Of a stretch of 63,723 nt of DNA, positions 24,961 through 35,400 are shown piece by piece; position 1 is the stretch's first letter; each line of letters begins with the position of its first letter. The stretch covers positions 37,631 to 101,353 of the forward strand of contig CDMY01000361.1 in NCBI GenBank assembly GCA_001179505.1, in the 5' to 3' direction. Below the pieces are notes generated by a model that worked only from the letters and a program-made list of their open reading frames with translations, ran no database searches and was not told where the DNA came from. The stretch comes from Vitrella brassicaformis CCMP3155. Lineage: Eukaryota > Protista > Chromerida. The position numbers were made by a program, and so were the translations under genes.

Positions 24961-26606
24961 GATGGTTTGGATTGACTCTTAGCCGCCGCTAGTGCGACAA
25001 TCACTGAAGACGGCAACAAAAGATTGCAAAACGGACTTCGGGTATCACATACCGTGAACCTTATGCCCGTGAACCTCATGCCGTGACAACCATGACTCCA
25101 TGAGATCGGCTTTCTACATCGTTTATTTTTCGACCACTATTTGTCCAGTAGGTATCGAAAACCTACCTAGCGAGTGCACGCAGACAGGGTCAAAATTGGA
25201 CGCAGACCAAAACCACTCTCCCCGCGATGTACATGGATGCAGGCAGGCAGATACAAGCAGACGGACAGACATGTGATGGATGGATGGATGGACACTGACT
25301 TTTTATGCGTGTCCCTATCTTTCCGCACCCAGACAAAATCTTGACAAAACCAGCAACGAACACGGACACGGGGGCAAAATTGGCATTCATAGACGGGTAG
25401 ACACAACATGCGCAAAAAAGAACCCGTAAAAAAGACTTCCGCACGCAAGACGACGGCGATTTTCTGCGCCGACTCCCTCGCTCGATTCTCATCCACTTCA
25501 CCTACCTATGCTGTAGAATAGAACACGCGTTGCATTGGCAACATGCACCCATAGGACGCCACACGGCGCCCCTCTCGCACACAGGCGCCACGCGAACAAA
25601 AACGTGTATACGGTTACGCACATATATACATGCATCCATACAGGCGGCATGCACACGCAGAGGAGTGATGATTTTCACTGACTGGCTGCGTGTGTTGTAA
25701 TTCTGACAAAAAGGCAAAAAGGACCACCCACGCACACAGATGAGATCCATTCCATCGACTGGAAAGGAACATTCATCGATCGATCCCTCTGCGTTGCCCC
25801 TCTCCCCCCCTCCTTCCCTCTCTCTCCGTCGCTCTGCGACCTACCTCTGACCACCACCGACCGACGCATCTCTCTCACCCCCTCCCTCTCTCTGCTCTTT
25901 CTGTGCCATTTTCAACCGGTGGACGGTGTGGTAACTGCTCTCTTGATGCAAACAGACGAACGGCTTGCATTCAGGGGAGCGCTCGCGTACGTACAAACAT
26001 GTTTTGAAAAACACCAGCACTCATCCATTCGTTGACTGCATGTGTAGCGTGCGTCGGTTGAGTGTATGTTCATAACACTCGGGTGACACAGCCATCCATC
26101 CATCCAGCCAGCCAGCAAACCAGCAAACCAGACAGACAGACAGACAGGCAGACGATCGATCGAATGATGCAACCGCACCACACCACATACGCGTTTACAT
26201 ACATACGTAGAAGACAGGCAGGCTTGTTCCCTTCCTTCTCTTCCCCCACCACCCATTCCCCTCCCCTGCCCTCCCCTACCTACTTACGTACGCACATGGT
26301 ATTATGTATGTACATAAATAAATAGACAGGCACACACCGATGCCTGCGACTAAACATTTTCAATACTCACACACACACACACACCGCTCAGCCGACATGA
26401 CGACCGCCGCCCCGCAGCCACGTGGAAAAGACGGCCAACCCCACACGGACAAAACAAAAAAGCCACGGATAGACATCGCCGAGCCACGGTGCCATACATG
26501 TGTCATCTACTCCCCTACCTCCGCAGGCACACCGCACAGATGCAAGCCAGGGCTCCCGCCCCCAACAAGACAATCGGCCCACAACCACACCCCCACACCC
26601 ACACCC

Positions 26607-26638
26607 AATGAATGAATGAATGAATGAATGAATGAATG
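26607..26638 (+). repeat. (AATG)8 microsatellite
   Basis: Read directly, within the microsatellite-rich 25.2-26.7 kb intergenic stretch. Confidence 0.9.
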
Positions 26639-26705
26639 GACACATCCAGACGACCGACGGACCGACCGACAACACATCACAGCACCAACATGGACCGCCC
26701 CCCAG

Positions 26706-29421
26706 CTACAAGTGGTTCCTGTCTCCCTTGCCGCCCGCCTGGCCCTGTCCCGCCTTGGCCGCCGCCTTGATGGGCGTGGATCTCTCCTGCTCCAGCTTGC
26801 GGAAGAGCCGACTGGCGTGTGTGCGCATGCGTTGCTTGCAGAGGCGCAGCCCTGCCCAGACGCTACCGATGACGAATGGGAGTGCGATGGCCATGCAACA
26901 GTCGGCGCTGATTGACAGCACGCCCAAACTCACCAACGCCTTGAATATCGTGCTGTCGGACACGCACAAAAAAAGACAAGAGATGGCCAAAGGGGGAAGG
27001 TGTCTCTGGGTGATTAGGAGGGGGGATTGTGGCTGACTTGAGCAGTTGTGCGGTGTAGTATGAGAGGCATATGAATGAGAGGCCCTCCACTGCCTCGGAC
27101 AGCTGCAGCTTCATCACGGAATTCTTCTGCATCTCGGACATTCGCGATGCCTTGCTCTCCTCCAACTCGACAAACACGCGCGTCTGAAGCAAATCTGCCG
27201 ACCAACACAGCACAACAATTGATCAGAGGTTTGCTGTGTGTCGTCTTTGAGGATGGAAGGATACCTGCGGTTCTTTGCAGTGACTTGCAGAGCTCCTCTG
27301 CACGGTACTCGGCGCTCTGACATGTCCGGATGGCAGGGTTCATACGGTAGTGGACAAACGACCCTGTCATGCATTAACAGACACCAAAGCTACGAGCATG
27401 CTCCTACGTCATATGTTGGGAGTGTACCTAGTGGCTGTATGCCGTCGATGCGCTCCTCTCGGAGGTGCTGCAAACGCTCTTCGAGTATCTGGTAGTACTG
27501 GTTGGTGGCAGAGAACCTACACGAACAGACGGAATGCCCGTGGTTGGGCGTTGACAGAAGGCGGTGTTGCCTGCCTGCGGATACCTGATCTGCGCCTGTG
27601 CAAACATCTGCTCGGATGAGAGCACCATCTCCGTCAACTCCTGCACACATCATGGTGACATTCTGTATGGAGGGATCCATCGACGGATCTTCCATGAGTT
27701 TCTATATCCACCTGCAGTAGTTTGGACTCTTCCTGCGGTGACTGTATTCGGTTAATGGTCTTGAGGATGTGGTGCTGCTGCGCCTGGATGGCGTCCACTC
27801 GTCCCGTCACCTCTGTGGCCACGGGCAGGCCCAGCAGAGCCAAAATCCGGTACACGTCCAACTCCAACATCTGGTGAACTGATATAACAGCGACCAGGGG
27901 AGGGAGCACCAAACCACGCCCATGTGTGCGGATATGTGTGGGTAGGGGTGGTTAAGTTATTGCTTACTGAGGCGTCCGACTGATCGCGAGGCCAGGTCTT
28001 GCACTAGGATGCGGCCAAATCCATCTGAGTGGATGCGGCAGTCAGTGAAGACGCGGGCGCTCTTTGAATGCATGTAAGAGCCGACCTACCCATTACCCCC
28101 AAACACATGCATCGATTCAAAGACCAGCTTGCGTGTTCAGTTGTGTGTCTGTGATACCACGTAGTTGTGTGCAAACATCTCTCTAAGCTGCCTCTGTGAG
28201 GGCGGCGGATCGCCCTCATCACCCTTCACCACCTGCACCAGAGAATCACACAGTCACAACCACCCCGTCCAGTGTACAGTCCATGAGTGCAGCGAAGCTG
28301 TGCGTACCGTCACGTGGGCCGCACAGATGATCGACGACGGAAGGGTTTCTATCCAATCGGACGGCAGACACGAAAACACTGACCTGTACGACGACACGTA
28401 GAGAGAGAAGACAGCACAGAATGAGGTCCATATGGCTGGTGTCTTGTGTGCGTGCATACTAACGTCTCGAAGGCGTTGTCTAGCGACACGTTGAACTGTG
28501 GGCATGATGCAGGTGTGTCGAACGGGTGGATGTAGTGCTCGGGCGACTGGATGAAGACAAACGACGAGAACTCCTCGGACCGCTCCCAACGCAGCTGGAA
28601 CGGACCCACATCGGCATGGAAGTACCGCTGGCCCACCGCGGGCTCGGGAACTGATGGATACACGAGTCCAGACACCAAGACGATATATATCGCGTCTTTC
28701 AGCCAACGACCCCTCCTTCCTTGCCGGTCCCCTTGCCTCACTTACTAGCGTATCTGCGGCAGAGCGATGTGACGGCTTTGATGGGGTCGATGCCCACGGC
28801 CTCCTCGGCCTTCCTGCCATCCATGCTGTCAACCCGACCCTCACCCTCACCCTGCCGATGCAGCAGCGCAAACATCGAGATGCGCGCCGGGCTGGTGATG
28901 TGCTGCAACGGCCGGAACAGGATCTCGTTGGCGAGCTGTTTGCGCATAGGGTGATTCAGGCGCTTCATGACCGCAAAGTTGTTGACCGTCGCTGGGGTCA
29001 TCGGGAAGGGGTTGAGCAGAGGGGTGGGCAGCGGGCGCGGCTCACTGACTAGTGAAGATGGGCTGGCCGTGCTGGCGGTGTCCTTGTGTGCCGTCCCGTT
29101 GGCATAGATGATGGCGTAGAGGTCGCCAGACACGCCGCTGTGGTGGTGCATCAGGTCCACCTCATGTGCGTCATGGCCATTTTGACGAGCCAGGGAGGAA
29201 GAAGCCGACGAACAGCTCCGGTGCACGAAAGCACTGGTGCCTCCAAACGCACTTGCTGGGCCCGCCCACACACCTGGGGAACGAAAGCCAACACAAATAT
29301 TTCCACCGCCAATGTTTCCGTTAGTGGGAGGTGCTCATCCTGTGTCTGCCAGTGCCAAGGGCCCACCAGAGAGCTTTCTGTTGGAGACTCCGAGGCGGCT
29401 AGCCAGGCGATAGAGCACCAT
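26706..29421 (-). CDS. DUF3422-family membrane-anchored protein with putative mitochondrial presequence, multi-exon
   Basis: Family-like motifs HPMRKQLANEILFRP...PARISMFALL, FQLRWERSEEFSSFVF, MLELDVYRILALLGLPVA, FSATNQYYQILEERLQHLREERIDG, DLLQTRVFVELEE...KLQLSEAVEGLSFICLSYY, and a second TM helix ALPFVIGSVWAGL. Exon 1 is 29421-29367, joined G|GT to the exon starting at 29273. Confidence 0.85.
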
Positions 29422-29615
29422 CGTAAGCGTACGGTTTCTTCAGGGGCCGGTGAGTGCCAGCGTCATGGTCCTTACACCGACGAACGGGCTGTGGTGTTTC
29501 CAACACGAGGAGGGAAAAGAGAAGGGAGAGAAAGACGAGAACCAACGAACACTCTTCAGCTCGCAATCGGTTTTACGGGAACCCATCTCGCGGCAGAGGT
29601 GCACGACGTGTGCGA

Positions 29616-30932
29616 ATGCTTCACTTGTTCTTCATATCACTCGGCTGTTTTTTTTCCGGCTCGTGCGAGGCGGCGGCATTCGTCCCCCTTGCTCGGCAGA
29701 CGCTGACCACTTATCCTGGTGAGCAGCTGCCACTCAGGTCTACTCACCGAAGGATCTGCAGCAATGTCTTGATGGCAAAAGATGCCGACACTCTCACACC
29801 CCGCTTTCGCCTCGCTGACCCATCGGCGGGCACAGAGGAGTCATCCCCCGCCCCGCCACAACAGCAAACTGCCCCTGGTGACATGAGTCCGCTCCGCGCG
29901 CGGATGGTGGGTGCTGTGCGTGAGCAGAAGGAGCGTTTGGGTCTCAAGTACGAGTCGCGGAAGAAGGACATGATAGACGAGGGGCTGCTGCCCATCGACT
30001 TCGACGACGAACGGGACCGGATGGGCATCACGCGACAAGAGCTGAGGGAGAGGGAGAGGGACAACGCCACAGACCTTACCAAGCCCCTGCGTGACTGGGA
30101 CCGCAATGAGCTGGCTGCTGATGAGCGGTTGGAGCTACTGCAGGGCATCAACCCTGTCGAGCCCCTCTTCGCCTCAGTGGTGGCTGCAGTGGTGGCCTAT
30201 GGTGGCTTCTCGTTTATGGGTCAGCTGCTGGAGATCTTTCGTGCATCGCCCATCCCGGCAGATGCAGCCTACCCGGTGCAGCGGCTGGGTGGGGCCTTCC
30301 AGCAAATGCTCTTCGGCGTCGTGTCGCTCGGAACCTTCTCGGTCGCCATCAACGCTGTAGGCCTGCTCGTGCTGGCGATGCGCGTGGCCTACGGCATATG
30401 GCGGGGGGAGCTGGACCCCAACAAGAGAGACCCCACCCTTCCCTCATACTTCGACATTCAAGGCTGGATCGACTACACCGACCGGCAAAGACAACAGCTC
30501 AAGGAACAGCGAGAAGGGGACAGGACGGTCGGCGAGGGGCAGGGGGACAAGGGTCAGGAGAAGCGACAGCCATTCGTATACAAGAGCGCCCTAGTGACCT
30601 TGTTCCAGGAGGCTTTCGACAAGGCCAGGAGCGACACAGCAGCTCAGCAGTCGACGTCCGTCAGCCATCAGCACCCACCCCGGCCGTCGGTGGCCGCCTC
30701 TGAGCAGCATGGCCATGCTCCCCCATCATCACGCCAAGGGCGGCAGGAACTTGACACGTTCTTGGACTCGATCATCGATGAGAGTGTTGGTGAGAGGGGC
30801 CGAGGGGACAGTGCAGACAGAGGTCGAGAGAAGCAGCGGGGTGAAACGAGGGGGGCGGAACGGAAGGGGACGACCAGGGGGGAAGAAAGTGAAATCGATT
30901 TTTCCCGTTTTGCACCTCTGTCGACGAAGTAA
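29616..30932 (+). CDS. DUF3082-family membrane protein with bipartite plastid-targeting leader, single exon
   Basis: Signal peptide MLHLFFISLGCFFSGSCEA, then AAFVP and a basic transit-like stretch. The two-TM core ...YPVQRLGGAFQQMLFGVVSLGTF...GLLVLAMRVAYGIWRGELDP resembles algal/plant DUF3082 proteins. Confidence 0.7.
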   Translation: MLHLFFISLGCFFSGSCEAAAFVPLARQTLTTYPGEQLPLRSTHRRICSNVLMAKDADTLTPRFRLADPSAGTEESSPAPPQQQTAPGDMSPLRARMVGAVREQKERLGLKYESRKKDMIDEGLLPIDFDDERDRMGITRQELRERERDNATDLTKPLRDWDRNELAADERLELLQGINPVEPLFASVVAAVVAYGGFSFMGQLLEIFRASPIPADAAYPVQRLGGAFQQMLFGVVSLGTFSVAINAVGLLVLAMRVAYGIWRGELDPNKRDPTLPSYFDIQGWIDYTDRQRQQLKEQREGDRTVGEGQGDKGQEKRQPFVYKSALVTLFQEAFDKARSDTAAQQSTSVSHQHPPRPSVAASEQHGHAPPSSRQGRQELDTFLDSIIDESVGERGRGDSADRGREKQRGETRGAERKGTTRGEESEIDFSRFAPLSTK

Positions 30933-31466
30933 TGCATGATGGATGACTGGATGGATAGATGCTGTTGGTTGTGGACGTGAGACGTGCAATATTACATGTG
31001 ACGTGCACGAGGGCTTTGACTTTTCGATTGTAGCAATGTCAAGACAGTCCAAAAGTCAAAAGTCTCCAACTGAGATGTCATCCCCACAGTTAACTGGTGC
31101 TTGGTTGGTTGGTTATTGTGTTTAACGAGACTCGTAACCCCGGAGGGGATCCTGTCCATGCACACGGCCTATCTCCCCATGCCAGCCACCCACCCGACAT
31201 GCTCGTGCCACCCTATGAGGGTCAGAAAAATCACTGTCCACACCGGCTGCACATGTACGACAAGACAGCCAGACAAAGGCGTAGAGCAGCCTGAGAGAAC
31301 CGTGCTGGAGCATACCAACCCTAGAGAGAGCGGTTTCACGGAACGTCATAGTTCTCGCCACGGAACGCTTGCCGTGGTGCACGGAACTGGAAAGAAGAAT
31401 CTCTCCTTTCCCTCTCGACTGTCTGTCTGTCGAAGCAGGAAAGTGAAGACGCTGCTGCTATCTACG

Positions 31467-34400
31467 ATGGAGAAAAGGAAAGATGTTGGCGAGGAGGGGA
31501 ACGATGCCAAGAGAATGCGCATGGACGGACCGAAGCCACCTGCTGCTAAGGTACCGCGTTGCTCGGAATGCGTCGCACCAGCTCTGATCTACCACCTTCG
31601 CTTGCGGGTTGCAGGTCACCTTCAAAACGAAGAAGCAGCGTGAGCACTTGGCCCTCCAACAAAAGCAAGAAGCCGAGGAAGCAGACAGGCTCAAAGCCGA
31701 AAAGCGGGAGGCTATTCGTCATGAGTTTTTGCTGTCTGAGGAGCTGCAGCGCGAGAAGGAGAGGCAGCTGCGCATGAAAGAAAGAGAGCGCGCGCGAGGA
31801 AGGATGGAGGAGGAGAGAAGGGGCAAAGAAGAGAATGCTCCGCGAAGGCAGATTGAGTACGCACACAAGCTTGTCCTGAAACTGATGGTTGTCATCTTTG
31901 TGGGAATGGCTGGATCAGGAAACGGACAGCAGTCGGTCAGCATGGAGGTGACGGAGATCGAAGCGAGATGCGAACCAGACAACAAGAAGCGGAGCTTGCT
32001 CAGGTAAGCACTAGCACTGAATGCGGCCGAAGGACTCGATACGAAGGTGGGTCCGTGTCTTTTGGGTTTTTTCTGCCTTTCTGTCTCAGATCAAAGAACA
32101 CGTAAGCTATTATTCTTATCTGGTGTTCAATCTTGCTGGATTTGGTGCTCCGTGCAGTATTTGGGAACACGCCGTGCAGAGAAGAAAGTTCAGAAACCTT
32201 CAGGTGAACAATGTGATCAATAAGACGCTAAGTTGTTCATGTTTGCATTGTTTGTTGGGTTCGCATTCTTCAGAGAGATTCAGGTGAACTATGATGCCCA
32301 GGCGGTGGATTGTCGTGCTCCAGACGCTCGATCCCTAGCTACGACATGATCACCCTTTACCTGTGTCTCTTCTTCTCCTTTCTTAATATGTTTCGCTGGG
32401 CAGAAACACATTCAGTGACAAGTGGGACCTCTCAGAGGATACTAATCGCAATGACTCCAACCCTATCTACCAAGAAAGACGGGAACCTCAACTACTCTTC
32501 GGGCGGGGCCTCCGTGCCGGAATCGATGTCAGGTATCCCACGGTTTCTTTCCACGCACGAATTATCTCCACGGTTTCTTTCCACTTTATGAAAAAAAGGG
32601 AACAGCGGAGGCAGAGCAACTTCTACGACGAGCTGTCCAAACGGAGAGCCCGTCAGTCAGGAGAACACATCTTCAAGGAAAGGGGACACTTCCTGGAATC
32701 ACGCGACATTGAGGACGATTTATCACTCGTTGGTCTACAGGAGGAGTCGAGGAATATGTATCGGGCCGACAAGAAGCGGGAAGAAATGAACGACAGGCAA
32801 GTAAATAGCCAACGACAGGGTACACAAGCCGACTGGTCCATGCGGCTTGGTTTTCAGAGATTGGAAAATTTTCAGAGAGGAGCAGGGTATGTTCTGAAGC
32901 AAACTTCAGGGAGGCAGTGTCAAGCGGCCTTCTTTCTTCGTCTCTCAGGGATCATCATCAGAGGAGGGCGTGTGCCAGCACCGATGCGCACATGGGCAGA
33001 GTCTTTGTTGCCATGTGAGTTGCTGGAGGCGATTGGGAGGGTCAGCGCTATTGACTGTGTCCTCGCTGTCGAGCTACATTATGAAGTTCGCCTTCCTTCA
33101 TAGATCGGCTACAAGAGCCCTACTCCCATTCAAATGCAAGCAATTCCAATCGCATTGGAGGTAGGGAGGAATAATCGCATCACGTTGCACATGGACCATT
33201 TTCTCTCTGCTGATGTTGTGTGAAGATGCGAGACCTGGTTGGGATTGCTAAAACTGGGTGAGACCGAAGAGGGAGCTACTACCTTGATCAGCTCACTCCT
33301 GTCTTTTACTTGTTTGTCAGTTCTGGCAAGACCGCAGCATTCGTTCTTCCGATGCTCACCTACGTAAAACAACTGCCTCTTCTCAACGACGAGACCTCAC
33401 AAGACGGACCCTATGCGCTTGTCTTGGCGCCTTCGAGGTGACGGAAAAAAATCAAAGACGATTGAGTCGAGGCAACGATTTTTTGGCTGCTCCAGGGAGC
33501 TGGCGATTCAAATCAAAGAAGAGATCACACAATTCGCGTCATTTTGCAAATGTCGCAGTGTAGCTGTTGTTGGTGGAAGAAGTGCGGAGGCCCAGGCATT
33601 CCAGCTTCGCCGAGGATGCGAAATCGTTATTGGAACGCCCGGGCGGGTAGGCTGTCAACACACTGTGCTAATATATGGTGTCGTTTGGAGCTGCGGTGTT
33701 TCAGGTCAAGGATTGCGTGGAGAAATCTTACATAGTCTTGAATCAGTGCTCGTATGTGTGCCTGGATGAGGTACTCGCTGTGTACGAGTGGAAAGGTGTC
33801 CGACGCATTGAGGTCATCTTGTTGTCTTCTTTTCAGGCTGACAGGTACGGGACTTGACCGACTGGGACGTGCTCGACTTGGTTGTTCCTCTCTTAGGATG
33901 ATAGATTTGGGATTTGAAGAGATCGTCAATTGGATTCTGGACCAGATCCCGCGCTCAAACTTCAAGTCCGAGAATGAAGATCAAGCCATGAAAGAGGAAC
34001 TGGAGGCGAAGGCAGGGCACCGGAAGTATCGCACGACGTACATGTTCTCCGCAACGATGCCGCCGGCGGTAGAGCGCCTTGCAAGGTATTCTTCATGAAA
34101 CTCCTCCTCATTTGCACAAATATCGCTTGTTCTGCTTCAGGAAGTACCTCCGTGCACCAGCTTATGTATCAATCGAAGACGCGGGCGCCGGAAAGCCCTC
34201 AATTGAGCAACGCCTTGAATTCATAGCGGAAGCCAAGAAAAGACAGGTCAGACTGCCGCAAAAAATCCGTGTGTCATCGTACTCATCGTGTCATCGTTTT
34301 CGACTGCAGCGATTGCAAGAGATTCTTGGAGAAACAGAGCCACCGATCATGGTTTTTGTCAATCAGAGGAAAGTGGCTGATGTGCTGGCAACATCACTGT

Positions 34401-35075
34401 GCAAGCTGAAATTCAAGTAGATACAGCTCAGCTCAGCAGTTGAATTACATTTCCGATTTGTCCATCGTTGCTCGCAGAGCGACATCGTTGCATGTCGGGA
34501 AGGCGCAAGAAATTCGCGAGGCAGCCCTGGGGGGATTCAAGGATAGAACCTTCGATGTCCTTGTCGCGACAGACGTCGCAGGTAAGGAGGAATTCTGTTG
34601 ACTTGTCTGTTTATTGCTGATCCTTGCAACGCTTTGTTTGCAGGTCGCGGGATCCATATCGAAGTGTAAAGTCTCACTGATGGCGGCCGGTCTATCACCT
34701 CTGCTGTCGACTTCAGGTGTTCAACACGTGATCAACTTCGATATGCCCAAGACCATAGAAGGCTACATACACAGAATAGGTATATCTCAACTGCGGATGG
34801 TAGGAGAGTTCGTGTACGGTTCTCATTGGCCGAGCAGGACGTACTGCACGAGCTGGGAAGAAAGGCGTCGCCACTTCGTTTGTGACTGACGAAGACTCAC
34901 ACCTGCTTCGGGACCTCCGCATCCAGGCAAGAGGAAAGAACGCAAGTGGCTTGCCCGTGTAGCCGCGATTCCTTTTTGCTTGGTGTTTTTTCTCTCTCTC
35001 TCTCTTTTACAGCTTGTTTCGTCGAATAACGTCGTCCCAGGGATATTAAACGCAAAGCTCAAGTCTCAGGGCTGA
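31467..35075 (+). CDS. DDX23: U5 snRNP DEAD-box helicase PRP28/DDX23; divergent, reading frame broken at one splice junction as assembled
   Basis: [65 protein letters not shown]|AD|[32 protein letters not shown] at 35073-35075. The donor near 34664 cannot give an in-frame join (see findings). Confidence 0.9.
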
Positions 35076-35400
35076 TCATGACAGAGGAGCGCGATCCCCG
35101 CAGTCACACGTAGGTAAGGTCTCATCAGAGGATGCATGCGATTTATACAATGCAGTCCGTCAATACGTGTTGTCTGTTTTTCAGGTCTCATGTGAGCCTC
35201 ATGCGTAGGAGCGTGTGCGGCACGTTTTAGTTGATGTTAAGTCACTGAAGCTAGGCAGGACAGACACTCGTGTGCAGCGTATTAGGCGAGCGGATCAGTC
35301 GCAGTGATCCTTCCTCTGCCTGCTATTATTCCCCGTTAAATGCAAATGATTCACTCTCCGAGTCGCTGTCGAAATTGGGGAGCTGCGTAGATAGGCCACG

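Noticed and set aside
25040-26700. Short ORFs and a degenerate ccgtgaacc(t/c)atg tandem near 25050 suggesting a gene or CRISPR-like array
   Set aside because: ORFs are built from microsatellites. The tandem has only 2-3 degenerate units with no unique spacers, in a eukaryotic context.
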